Numbered from the whole stretch's first letter, positions 11,950 to 24,250 are shown. The stretch is DNA of 63,187 bases, filler included, from Octopus bimaculoides (GCF_001194135.2; 6 parts of 6 records of this genome joined end to end with filler, not necessarily neighbours in it), one strand, 5' to 3'. The notes: generated by a model from the sequence alone, not told the origin. Numbers and translations: made by a program.

Positions 11950-13090
11950 GGCGGCATTGAAAACAGGCATCAAGTATTAATGGTTAAATGTATCGAAAGC
12001 TCCAAAGTAGCCAGCTCTATTACCGCCCTTTCCATTATAAGATGGAGACTGTTGTCAATAACTCTTCCTGGGTTCAGTTTCCCGACCGCACTATTGACGA
12101 CAAGCGACAGCGTTTATGCAAGTGCTCTAATCCAAATCTGAAGTTTTACGTTCAATCAGAATAACAGGCTGAAAACTGTGCCACCTTTGTTTGCATCCTT
12201 TCTCAGCAGTGTCATAACTCGCAGGTCAATTGAGTTAGGAAGGTTCTTAGTTTGATGCCCGTTGCACTAGATGTTCACCAAAAAAGAAAGAAAAGGTTAG
12301 ATGTGTATCCTTAAAGTTCGTAGAGAAAACAATTGAAGTCAAGCGATTTGTTCTCGCATTATCACTCGTTGATGTGGAGGCGCAATGGCCCAGTGGTTAG
12401 GGCAGCGGACTCGCGATCATAGGATCGCGGTTTCGATTCCCAGACCGGGCGTTGTGAGTGTTTATTGAGCGAAAACACCTAAAGCTCCACGAGGCTCCGG
12501 CAGGGGATGGTGGCGAACCCTGCTGTACTCTTTCACCACAACTTTCTCTCACTCTTGCTTCCTGTTTCTGTTGTGCCTGTAATTCAAAGGGTCAGCCTTG
12601 TCACACTGTGTCACGCTGAATATCCCCAAGAACTACGTTAAGGGTACACGTGTCTGTGGAGTGCTCAGCCACTTGCACGTTAATTTCACGAGCAGGCTGT
12701 TCTGTTGATCAACTGGAACCCTCGACGTCGTAAGCGACTGAGTGCCAACAACAACCAACATCACTCATTGATAAATGCATTTTAGTTGCAGTTATTAAAC
12801 GCTTTGCTGCAACATTCCATACTTTCTGCCAGGAGTTGTTGAAAATCGTCAGGTTAGGCACTAAAGTTTACCGTCTTCATTTCACTAATACTGCCCAAAA
12901 TGTCCGACAAAACTGCAATATCTACATAGAATCGAATATCACACGCCTACCATGGTCCGTCAAAGATCTTATTGTAGCTTTGTTGCTATCTCGATCTTTA
13001 GTTCTGACAACACAGCGCTTGTGATTCGCGTTGAAGAAGTGGTCGAGAGCTATTTTCGCCGATAGCATGTCGACTGTGATGCATTCTCTA
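11950..13090 (-). pseudogene. Degenerate L1/Tx1-clade ORF2 fragment (linker and start of RT), interrupted by a SINE
   Basis: Manual translation: LDHFFNANHKRCVVR, NKATIRSL, VMTLLRKDANKG, LA*TLSLVV, PGRVIDNSLHLI, GAFDTFNH*YL (cf. L1/Tx1 GR.I.DNLHL and KAFDRVDH). Confidence 0.65.
12374..12759 (+). mobile_element. SINE family B, full length, nested in the L1 remnant
   Basis: Near-identical to the 2197 copy; 13-bp TSD atcactc(g/a)ttgat (12361-12373, 12760-12772). Confidence 0.92.
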
Positions 13091-13264
13091 ATCAGCTAGC
13101 TCCTCCAAAACAGGAAATGACGGTAACAATGTACGTAATAATAACCTTATTATTAAGAGCGATATTACTGTTACTTGGTGAGAAATGGTAATGTTCATTT
13201 CATTGTTATACTAACAGCTTTCTAAGATGCTTACAACAAGATTATTAACTTTCATGAATAACAA

Positions 13265-13478
13265 TCCTTTCTACTGTAGGCACAAAGCCTAAAATTTCGG
13301 GGGATGGAATAAGTCGATTACATCGATCCCAATGCTCAACTGGTACTTATTTTATCGACTCCGAAAGGGATGAAAGGCAAAATCGACTTCAGCGGAATTT
13401 GAACTCAGAACGTAAAGATGGACGAAATACCGCCAAGCATTTGCCCGGTGTGTTAACGATTCTGCCAGCTTGCCGCTT
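13265..13478 (-). mobile_element. SINE family A
   Basis: Reverse complement of the family A consensus over its full length. Confidence 0.85.
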
Positions 13479-14372
13479 TGACCTCATGCACTAATAAATA
13501 GTAAGTTTTATATCGAGTATTAATTGATGTCGTTAATTATGCTGAAAAATAATAATATACACAGTCATTTTCAGAGAAACTATTAGCTGTGAAATCAATA
13601 CTAAGTATTATACACCAGGAATTTCATTAAATAAATTATTATGAATGCACTCGAAGTAATTTACAGACATCCAAAATACAACAACGGGTCAAATATGTTC
13701 TTTGATACCACCAGCCATATTTTTCTCTTCAGAGTATCGAATTACTAAACTAAAAGTAAAAGCTAATAGTTAAATAGATGAAACATATTTAATGGTGGGA
13801 AAAATTATTAAAGGAAAAAAAACTAGAATTGCAACATCAAATATGTGGTGAGAGAGGAAAAAAAATGCATTAGTCAATGATAATAATTTTTTTCGTGTTT
13901 CTCTCCGCAGCAAATATGGGAGAAGATTCAGTTAATTTTCTTGCTCTGTAAGAGATCCTCAGATTTATTACCAAAATTATAAATTTACATGTGTACGTAT
14001 AACTATTCGTGTATCTAGTTATGACCCCTGGTTGCTGACTACAAAAGCGTGACGACAATACACGATTATCAATACTTCCAACGGAAGGTGAGACCGAAAA
14101 GTTCTTGAAAAGCTCATAGATTTAGGAACAAAAAACTATTGCAACGAACAAGCAGAAGTGATAGTTAAAATTATAGAAATTACTGTAAGTATAATCTTGT
14201 GGTCAAGAACTTTATTTTGGAACTACATGGTTTCGAGTTCGATTCCAAAATCACGTAGTACTTTGGGCAAGTATTTTCTACCATAGATCTGGATCGTCTA
14301 AAGTTTTGTGAATGATATTTCATTGACAGAAACTCTACGGGAGCCCATCAAAGAGACAGTTCTTGTTCTTAG

Positions 14373-14485
14373 TTAGCAGCACTCGTCGGTCGCCCACTGC
14401 AGCACCATCAGCTACTCCTTGGGTATCTTCAGCAATATCTCTGCTCCCCTTTCTTGCAAGCGTTGCGGTCAGGTTGCTGGTCTGA
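14373..14485 (+). CDS. Candidate terminal coding exon with a GPI-signal-like C-terminus
   Basis: Acceptor ttcttgttcttag|; phase-1 frame xSSTRRSPTAAPSATPWVSSAISLLPFLASVAVRLLV*; AATAAA at 14627-14632. No upstream exons identified. Confidence 0.3.
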
Positions 14486-14954
14486 GGGTTAACTTACCCA
14501 CTCCCACCTACTAATCTCAGAGACTAAAAAAAAAAAAACAAGGTCATAAACTCAGCCTTTCTTCCTCTGACTAAACCATTTGTTTTCTTTCTGTGTCAGC
14601 TCTTTAGAGCTGTAGTGTAATTACTAAATAAAATTAAATATCCATTAGAAAGCCAAGTGTGTTTAGTTATAATCCGCTCTTAAAGGCAATAGACTTGGCT
14701 ATATCTTATAACTAGGAAAGCAAACTAATTAATAATAATTACATAGAATTAACAACAACAACAACAACAATTCCTTCTTTTACAGGCACAAGGCCTCAAA
14801 TTTGGCAAGGCGGGCGCTAGTTGATTACTGATACTATTTTATCGACCCCGAAAATATGAAAAGCGAAGCTGATCTCGATGAGATTTGAGTGCATTTTTAA
14901 TCGATCCCAGTTCTTAACTGGTACTCATTTCATCAACCCAGAAATGATAATAAT

Positions 14955-15405
14955 CCTTTCTATTACAGGCACAAGGCCTGAAATTTTGGGGCAGGGGACT
15001 AGTCGATTACATCAACCCAGTGTTTCACAGGTACTTATTTTACCGACCCCGAAAGGATGAAAGACAAAGTCGACCTCGGCGCATTTTGAACTCAGAACGT
15101 AGCGACGGGAAAAATACCGCAAAGCATTTCGTCCAGCGTGCTAACGATTCTTNNNNNNNNNNCGGGAAAAATACCGCAAAGCATTTCGTCCAGCGTGCTA
15201 ACGATTCTTATTTCTTTATTGCCCACAAGGGGCTAAACATAGAGGGGACAAACAAGGACAGACAAAGGGATTAAGTCGATTAGATGACCCCAGTGCGTAA
15301 CTGGTACTTAATTTATAGCGGAATTTGAACTCAGAACGTAACGGCAGACGAAATACCACTAAGCATTTCGCCCGGCGTGCTAACGATTCTGCCAGCTCGC
15401 CGGCT
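14955..15405 (-). mobile_element. Two SINE-A copies (one with the gtctgtccttgtttgtcccc 3' variant)
   Basis: Reverse-complement match; 10-N gap 15153-15162 with overlap duplication; followed by (TAA)n(TGA)n. Confidence 0.8.
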
Positions 15406-15410
15406 TAAGT

Positions 15411-15500
<90 letters not shown>

Positions 15501-16037
15501 AATAATATGTCGCTGAACTGTTCTACTTTTCACAGCAGTAGCTAAAGTGTAGAATAGCTGACAGGAGACAGACCTGCCGAACAGAGCGAGCGATGTGAAA
15601 CTGTTCCAAGGGATGGCCATTAATTTTGACTGCAGGTGCCACAGTGCAATGCAGCGATGCAGCTTCTGAAAAGGGATCCGAACCCGGCCACTTTTAGAAC
15701 AGCTTCTGAAAAACGTCGATTTTATCAAAAACTTTCGGCTGATTTAAATTGATCAGGGACTCACTGAAACTAGCTGTGACTCACAAAATCGAAACTGCGC
15801 TAATCCTACACAGTCCCGCCGTGCATCTCATATACATTTCCAATCCCTTACTAATAGTAGTAATCAGGACATTGTAGTAACGATCGTAGGAATGAAAGAC
15901 AAAGTTGACCTCGCTAGTATTGCAATATTTAGCTGAAACTCTCAAACTAGTATAACAAATTAGTATAACTATCATTTAAAGCCATTATTTATTGAAAAGC
16001 AGTTGAAATGGTTAAGAAGGCGATTGAAAGAAGGAAA

Positions 16038-16236
16038 AAGATGGCGTGGAAAGAACTAAACTATTAACAGGCTCAGTGACGTCACTTCCGTTTACCTACC
16101 ATCTGATATCGCTTAACTGCGTCACGTACATGTGTTTGGGCTGTCTTTAATAGTTGTTAGTTCAAGAGAACGAAATAAAACAAAAATAAAATAAAATACA
16201 GTGAAAATAGAAAGATAATTTCACTGTAAAGTAAGT
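16038..16236 (+). promoter_or_regulatory. Candidate housekeeping-type promoter and first non-coding exon
   Basis: AAGATGGCG (YY1-like) 16038-16046; TGACGTCACTTCCG (overlapping CRE+ETS) 16077-16090; TGCGTCAC 16118-16125; donor AAA|GTAAGT 16231-16236; unique sequence. Confidence 0.5.
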
Positions 16237-16395
16237 AATACTTAAGAAAGCGTAGAACAAATCATCTACAATATACACGTACATATACACGTGCACACAT
16301 ACATGCATGTACGTACGTATGTATTTATGTGTGTGTTTGTATATGTGTGTATATATATGTATATAGATATGTCTGTATGTATGTGTGTACGTATG

Positions 16396-16463
<68 letters not shown>

Positions 16464-18439
16464 CATAGATCTTTAATGACGTAGACAGTTTGGGTTATTT
16501 CAGCGATTTTCTTTGAAGATTCTTGTAAGTTATGATAAAACAACAATTACAACACGTACATTAGACTCAAGCATATCAATACAACACCACCGGCCAAGTC
16601 AGATTATGTATATATGAGTTTATATACGTCTCTACATATATATATATAATGCGCGCGCGCGTTTGTATGTATGTGTATATATATATATATATATATGTAT
16701 GGTAAAGCAGTGGAGAATATACTAAATGGTTGTAGAGTACATAATATATATATATATATATATATTATGTGTGTGTGTGTATGCGTGTGTATGCGTGTGT
16801 ATGCGTGTGTATATGTATGTATAAATGCAACACAAATATATTTACACATAGACATGAGTATGTTGCAGAGAGACTTAGAAGCAAAGCGTTCATTTACACT
16901 CACATACAATTACGCACGTATGCATTCACACTTTAAAATTAGAAACGAAATAAATTAAGGTTTGAAAACAGAGAAGACATACCGGAGTAATACAAAGTAA
17001 ACAGGAAAATTAGCTGAGTATAAATGTACGTAGGTGTGTGTGTTCGTGTACGCGCGTGGGTGTTTGTTGATGTGTGTGTGTGTGTGTGTGTGTGTGTTAT
17101 CTGTGCGCGCGTGTATGTGCATGCGTGCTTACGTGAGGGTTGTAATGGACGATTATAGTGATACATTCTGAGAAGAGAGTAAGAGCGGCAGTGGGTGATG
17201 GTTAAATAGTTTGCAAAGTGATAGAGAGAGACACGAAAAGGAAAAAGAAAAAGCGAGAGAGAGAGGGAGAAGGAGGAAGAGAGGGTGAGGATATCAACTA
17301 GGAGCTGAAACCACTTCGTGAAATCGGTTTTAGATCTCACTTCTAAACACTAATGTTAATTACAAAGCTCTCTATTTATTTACTAGATTTTGTATATGTT
17401 TCTCTTACGTCTGTTAAGATTGTTGCAAGGACCTCGGCTCCTCAGAAGGTAGTTGTATAGCAGCCAACTGAACTGAACTCAAGACCTCCCGATATGCTCA
17501 AGAACCTCTCTCTGTTTTTATCATCCTTAGAGTTTTCAGTTACCTGACCCAGTATTAACCAATCCTTCTCCTGCCCTCAAATCGAAATTCTCTAAAAATA
17601 TTCCCCTCCTCTGCCTCTCCTCTAACTCTGAGTATTACCCCGGTAACAGATTTGATGAGGTCGATATGAGACCATATCGACCTCACCAACTGGGGTGACA
17701 TTTCACCTGCTCCTCTTCCTCCTGCTCCCACTCTTCCTCCTTTTCAATCTCCCCCACCAATCTTTATCCTTATCTTTATTACTTTCCTACCTCCTCCTTT
17801 TCCTCTCATACTTATTGTTTATTCTCTTCCTCCTTCTGCGAACTCCTTCCCTTCTTTCTTATTGTTCACTCTCTGCCCCGCTCCCATTTCTCCCCTTCGT
17901 TCCTCTTTCTCGTCCTCCAGCCACTCCCTTTCATACTGGCACAAAGCCATGTACGTTCTGTCGTATGCTCGATTGTATCGACCGCAGTATACTACTGGTA
18001 CATATTTAATTGATTGTCTTCAACCAAAACCCTTTTGAGGGATAGCAGACAATCTGAGTGCCATTGTCATTTGAACTCAGAACATAAAAAAGCACAACTG
18101 AAGATCACATATGGGTAGACAAGTAGGAAGGAAGACCTACTGTTGCTGTTACTACATCGCTCTTTTCCAACTATCAAGCATTTCTAGATTTAGTTTGAGG
18201 CTACAGCTATGTAGAGAGGGGGTGTATTTGATTGGATAGATCCAAATACAACCTTGGCATACGGTCTTATCATTTGTGGAAGTGGCGGTACTCGATGTAA
18301 TCAAGGCCGATAAGCTACGACAATAAAAAGAGGCCGGGTTTAAAGCTGAAATTCCAACGACATCTATTGTCGAGAATCAAGTCTAAAAAGCTATCTTATT
18401 TTGCACATACAATACGCCAGACTCACTGCCCAGGACCTT

Positions 18440-18625
18440 CTTAACAGGAAGTGTGAAGAGGAAGAGAGCAAGAGACCATCAGAACGTTTCTGGATTGACA
18501 ACATCAAAAGATGGTCTGTAAGAAAAGAGTTTCGTTGATAGTACACATGCATCACAACACAGCGAAAACTAGAGAATCCTGGTAAGCCGACACCTTGGAC
18601 AAAGGGAAGACACCAGGCTGATGAG
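18440..18625 (+). pseudogene. Degenerate RTE LINE 3' end
   Basis: TGSVKRKRAR...WIDNIKRWS across a frameshift (cf. RTE G.VEGKR.RGRP...WIDNIKEW). Confidence 0.45.
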
Positions 18626-18714
18626 GTAAGTTTAAAGCTGCCATGTTGTACTATCTAAGTGGTCTACGGGGTAAGAGGATTGCGAATGTAAGCGGTGATT
18701 AAATGCCAAATGTG

Positions 18715-18860
18715 AAGGCGTGTGGCTTACAAGTCGTTACGTTATTCGGCTCACGATCGTAAGGTCGAGAGTTCGAAACCTGGCAGCGCGTCGTGTCTTT
18801 GAGCAAGACACTCTATTTTATGCTGCTCGGGTCTACTGAGCCGGCGAAAGTGAGTAGTAA
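18715..18860 (+). mobile_element. SINE B2, 5' part
   Basis: ggctcacgatcgtaaggtcgagagttcgaaacc head and gtgtctttgagcaagacact domain as at 3273. Confidence 0.75.
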
Positions 18861-18927
18861 AAACTTTCTTGTGTATAAAATAACGACATATTCGACGCTT
18901 CCAAAGCTGGTTTACAAATATATATAT

Positions 18928-19010
18928 ACTAGCAGAAATACCCGGCTTTGCCCGGGTTAAAGAGAATAATGAAATCTAAAAACGCCGTCTAGACAACGCA
19001 ACCCTCAACT
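18928..19010 (+). mobile_element. 5' end of a Helentron-associated (DINE-1/HINE-like) element
   Basis: actagcagaaatacccggctttgcccgggt: ACTAG start followed by a short acccgg/ccgggt inverted repeat. Confidence 0.5.
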
Positions 19011-19292
19011 GTTAGTAGCTACGATACCATATTTCTACATTAATAACTCTCCAATCCATGCCAGCATGGAACATAGACATTAAGTGGAATGCCAGTCTCT
19101 CATCTAGGAGGGCCTTGAAATCAATGTTACCAACTGGGGACTATGTGTGTCGCAGTGATAATAAAAAGACCCAAAGGAGGTCTGCAACGAAATAATTTTA
19201 CTCAACACTTTGCAAGTGAATCAGTAGAGGCAAAGATGCGTCTCATTTNNNNNNNNNNNNNNNNNNNNNNNNNNNNNNNNNNNNNNNNNNNN

Positions 19293-19304
19293 TTAATTAA
19301 TTAA
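19293..19304. other. Assembly spacer TTAATTAATTAA inside a 100-bp gap (also 40567, 55829, 59250, 61635)
   Basis: Identical 12-mer centred in N runs five times; it gives stop codons in all six frames. Confidence 0.95.
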
Positions 19305-19348
19305 NNNNNNNNNNNNNNNNNNNNNNNNNNNNNNNNNNNNNNNNNNNN

Positions 19349-19745
19349 ATAGCTTGCACCGGGTACATCTTATAGAGTTACTACCTACTCCTTTTCTACA
19401 TACTGAGCAGGGCCATCTACCTGAAGGGGTTTGTGTTTTATCTACCTTCCTACTTATTAGGATTTTGGTTTTAGCTAGGTTGACTCTAAGGCCCTTCAAT
19501 TCTAGACCTTGCTTCCACACCTGAAACTTCTCCTCTAGTTCTGATAGTGACTCCGCAATTAGGGCAAGGTCATCAGCATAGAGGAGCTCCCAGGGGCAAC
19601 CTGTCTTGAACTCCTCTGTGATTGCCTGGAGGACTATGGTAAATAATAGGGGGCTGAGGACGGAACCTTGGTGGACCCCTACCTCTACCCGGAATTCATT
19701 GCTGTACTCATTTCCAACCCTCACCTTACTGGCAGCATCCACATT
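19349..19745 (-). pseudogene. RTE-clade LINE reverse transcriptase fragment, open frame, cut by a scaffold join
   Basis: ORF track: GVHQGSVLSPLLF, LLYADDL, GLRVNLAKTK, then WPCSVCRKGVGSNSIRCTRC. Confidence 0.88.
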
Positions 19746-20149
19746 AATTTGGATAGAATGTTTGCCTTTTGGCACTAATACTGCTCCTGTTACTAATAAC
19801 CAAACTTTAATAAACCTGCTGGCTATTTATGACATTAATGTCTGATATTCCATATATCAGATACTGATATTCTATATATTGTGGCAATGAGATTTATTTG
19901 AGATGCAATCCCCAGACAACTCCCACTGAAGAGATCCAGTAGACTGAAATCACATGATACAAGAATTCTGGCACCCATAACAGATGATTCTCATCTGCTA
20001 TGATTCATATCTATGCTTTTATGCAGCATATGCCTGTATGAGAGGGTCTCTCAAGGCTAACAACACTGTATTTGTCATTCTAACAAGACAATCATGTTAG
20101 GTTGGGTACTTAGATTACTTTGTACTGGGTATCTTTTATGTGACACCAG

Positions 20150-20370
20150 CATGAGTGCCTTTAATATGTTACCCATGCTGGTGACTTATAAATGACGCCC
20201 AGAACACTCTATGGAATGGTTGGCGTTAGGAAGGGCATCCAGTTGTAGAAACTCAGCCAAAACAGACTGGGACTGGTGCTGCTCTCCAACTTACCAGTTC
20301 CAGTCAAACCATCTAACCCATGCCAGCATGGAAAACTGATGACGACGATGATGATGATGACGATGATGGC

Positions 20371-20409
<39 letters not shown>

Positions 20410-20410
20410 A
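20150..20410 (+). mobile_element. RTE-type 3' tail repeat (family D)
   Basis: gttggcgttaggaagggcatcc...ccatgccagcatggaaaa followed by a (GAT)n tail; many more copies, e.g. 26020, 27370, 27780, 38050, 46050, 47625, 52465, 55090. Confidence 0.8.
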
Positions 20411-21150
20411 GCCTTCAACTTGATTTCAAACAATGCTATCAGTTGACTAATCTCATAGAATAGAACAAGTGTACTTTTCAGTCCAGCAGTCCAACTAGAG
20501 ACTTATACACATTTGTACAGATGTGGAAACGATGGGCACCTCTTGCTGCAGGTGTTCAGAGACTTATTGTGCAAGCTGAAATATGCTTATCGTTTTCTTC
20601 TTCTATCTTTTTGTGTATTTAAGGCTAAATTGTCCAGTGGGCCTTCTCTTAAAAAAATTATGGTAAAATGAGAAGTGCTAAAGATTTGGCTTAGCATGAC
20701 CACATAAAGATCAGATCTTGTTGATGCAGATCTCTCTACTGCATTTTCTGAAATAGAAGCTGACTTAGTATATAGTATAAACATGTAGTGTAAACATTCA
20801 AACATCATCACTATCTTTTCAAATCTCGTTGCATTTCACATGGAATTATTGGTTCTTCAAAGACATCTTGGTGTATAAGTCAACCTACCGTTTTTAGGTT
20901 GTAAATTTTGGTCTGAAAAATTTAACTTGTAAGTTGAAAAATAATTGTAATATTTTGTATAATATTACATTATTCTTTTATTCATTTACTTGTTTCAGTC
21001 ATTTGACTACAGCCATGCTGGAGCACCACCTTGACGGGTTTTATGTCGAGCAAATCTTTTTTTTTAAAGCCTAGTATTTATTCTATCAATCTCTTTTGCT
21101 GAACTGATGAATTACAGGGATGTAAACACACCTACACCATATATGTATAT

Positions 21151-21240
<90 letters not shown>

Positions 21241-21954
21241 NNNNNNNNNNNNNNNNNNNNNNNNNNNNNNNNNNNNNNNNNNNNNNNNNNNNNNNNNNNN
21301 NNNNNNNNNNNNNNNNNNNNNNNNNNNNNNNNNNNNNNNNNNNNNNNNNNNNNNNNNNNNNNNNNNNNNNNNNNNNNNNNNNNNNNNNNNNNNNNNNNNN
21401 NNNNNNNNNNNNNNNNNNNNNNNNNNNNNNNNNNNNNNNNNNNNNNNNNNNNNNNNNNNNNNNNNNNNNNNNNNNNNNNNNNNNNNNNNNNNNNNNNNNN
21501 NNNNNNNNNNNNNNNNNNNNNNNNNNNNNNNNNNNNNNNNNNNNNNNNNNNNNNNNNNNNNNNNNNNNNNNNNNNNNNNNNNNNNNNNNNNNNNNNNNNN
21601 NNNNNNNNNNNNNNNNNNNNNNNNNNNNNNNNNNNNNNNNNNNNNNNNNNNNNNNNNNNNNNNNNNNNNNNNNNNNNNNNNNNNNNTTAAACAATAGTCA
21701 CTTGATTAAGATTGCCTCTGGATATATCATATTACAAGACCTATTTAAAAGTGTTTTTCTTTTCTTCATATTTGAATTAAAACATCCTATAATTTTTATG
21801 TGAGAACCTTTTAAGTCATGTTTTAAACAACAGTTTAAAATATTAATGAAGTGGGGAAAAATTAGTCATTTTACTAAATCCCTGCAACTTATTTATTTCA
21901 AAAGTAATTGAAACTCAAAGTCATCACCAATGGGCTCATGAAATGGTTATTTAA

Positions 21955-22174
21955 CTCTTTTTATACCAAATCACCCAAAACTGCCCAGCTTCTATGATAC
22001 AAATTTTCTATATAAAGTGATCTAAATTAAAATTTCCCATTAAAATTCCTTGTTAGTTTATGTTCCAATTACCAGCTTAGTAATGGCCAAGATATTTCAT
22101 TAAATTCTTTATTATTTTCAAAATTAATTGAAACAAAAGCAGTGTAGTTCAACAGAAATATGGTAACGAAAGGG
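21955..22174. mobile_element. TTAA-flanked MITE (piggyBac/Kolobok-like ends)
   Basis: ttaa|ctcttttt...gaaaggg|tt(tt)aa; a related copy lies in opposite orientation at about 53075-53270. Confidence 0.55.
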
Positions 22175-23013
22175 TTTTAATTTAAAATAGATTTAATAAA
22201 ATGTGTTAAAAGTATCACAGCTGAATGAATCTTTAAGAATGCTGATCAAGCAGCTGTTAGCTCAAAGAAAAGCAATTTGTCATGAGCACTGAACTGTGTC
22301 CCTTGCAAATACTGTTAATATAAATTGATCAAAAGTAACCAGCAGAAAAATAGGGACCATGATAAAGTGCAGACCTTTACATTAAGCTGCATGTGCACTG
22401 TATAAATGACATACCATATTTTATGACATGTCTAGTGGTTGACTGCCCTTGAGCAGGTCTTGTGCACATGAACCTTCTCCAGTATTCTCTGTATGACTCG
22501 AGAGTGCCTGTATCCACCCTTGCTGCCATTAAGTAGATTAATGGAACTTTGGCTGCCATGACCAGACTTGGGATGAATACTGGTGTGGTCTCCTGCTGTC
22601 TTCTCCAGGTAGGTGAGATTTGAACCAGAATGTAGACAGCCGTAAGATATACCATAAAGCATTTCTGCTGTTGCACCAACGATTCTGCCACTCTTCCACC
22701 TGCAGAGCAATGTGAAAAAAAAGTGTTTTGCTCAAGAACACAATGTGCCACCTATCTGAGAATCAAACTATGATCTTGCGATTGTGGGTGCAGCACCCTT
22801 ACAAATAGGCTACATGCTTTCACATTTTATGGCATACAAGTTGAAATTTTCAGACCAAAATTTACAGCCAAAAAAAGGTTGCTCAGCTTATACACCAATC
22901 TGACTTTGGAGGAGTGAAAATTCCATGTGAAATGCTGCAAGATTTAGAAACATGGTGATGATGTTTACATATTTACTCTATATGGTTATGCTGCATACCA
23001 TATCAATTTGTAT

Positions 23014-23392
23014 GGAGGTGCAATGGCTCTGTGGTTAGGGCAGTGGACTCGTGGTCTTAGGATCACGGTTTTGATTCCCAGACCGGGCGTTGTGAGCGTT
23101 TATTGAGTGAAAACACCTAAAGCTCCATGAGGCTCTGGCAGGGAGTGGTGGTGAACCCTGCTGTACTCTTTCACCACAACTTTCTCTCACTCTTTCTTCC
23201 TGTTTCTGTTGTACCTGAATTTCAAAGGGCCAGCTTGTCGCACCCTGTGTCATGCTGAATCTCCCTGAGAACTACGTTAAGAGCACACGTGTCTGTGGAG
23301 TGCTCAGCCACTTGCACGTTAATTTCACGAGCAGGCTATTCCGTTGATCAGATCAACTGGAACACTCATCGTCGTAACTGACGGAGTGCCAA
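23014..23392 (+). mobile_element. SINE family B, full length, CpG-decayed
   Basis: 15-bp TSD catatcaa(t/c)ttgtat (22999-23013, 23393-23407); five CpG transitions in the head relative to the 12374 copy. Confidence 0.9.
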
Positions 23393-23914
23393 CATATCAA
23401 CTTGTATGCTGGAAAATATGTTTTCATTAAATTCCAGGACTTGTTTCAAGTTGTTGCGCAATTGAAGTCAAAGATATATGGTAAATGATGTCGTATCTAA
23501 GACAAGTCTCTCAACTACTTCTGAGAACTAAGATAAACTCTAGCACATGCTTAACAGCTTCCAGTTGTAGTTGTGGATAAATGTGGGAAAGAAAGAAGAG
23601 AAATTAGCTAAAATATTCTGCATATAGGTGCAGGCTATATATGTATGGTTAAGAAGCTTAGTTTTCAGCCTGGTGCCTTTTGAGTAAATTTCATAGATGG
23701 AAATAGTGTAGCAGCCTGTTGAGTATATGTGTGCATGCATGCATGCATTCACGTGCATGTATGTGTGTGTGTGCTTGCATGCATTTGCATGAGCACATGC
23801 GTGTATGTATTTGTGTTTGTGTTTGTGTGTGTGTTTGTGTGTGTGTGTGTGTGCATGTGCAGTTGTGTTTGTCCTCTCAGCTCTTGACAACTGGTCTTGA
23901 TTTTTTTTTTTAAT

Positions 23915-24250
23915 TCTTTTACTTGTTTCAACCATCAGACTGGAGACCTGCTGGAGCACTGCCTTGGAGAATTTTAATTGAGTGAATCAACCCAAGTACT
24001 TATTTTTAAGCCTGCTACTCATTCTGTTGGTTTAATTTTTGCTGAACTGCTAAGTTACAGGGACGTAAATACACGCGCATTTATTTACGTCCCTGTTACC
24101 TAGCAGTTCAGCAAAAGAGAATGATAGAATAAGTACCAGACTTCAAAAAAAAAGTAAGTACTGAGATCAATTTGTCCAAGTAAACCCTTAAAGGTGGTAC
24201 CCCAGCATGGGCACAGTTCAATGACTAAAACAAGTAAAAAATAAAAGATA
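23915..24250. mobile_element. Head-to-head inverted pair of 5'-truncated SINE-C 3' halves
   Basis: cagggacgtaaata-cacgcgcatt-tatttacgtccctg at the centre; both arms run out to the ttgtttca / aaacaagtaaaa tail. Confidence 0.75.

Noticed and set aside
11988-12164. 58-aa plus-strand ORF MYRKLQSSQLYYRPF...
   Set aside because: Antisense to the L1/Tx1 remnant; no family resemblance.
13911-13947. Possible 37-nt exon (ctctccgcag|...|gtaaga) with an ATG
   Set aside because: Splice-like ends are present, but no convincing frame connects it to other candidate exons.
18617-18640. CTGATGAG hammerhead-like half core
   Set aside because: No stem II or GAAA follows; it lies at an RTE 3' end.
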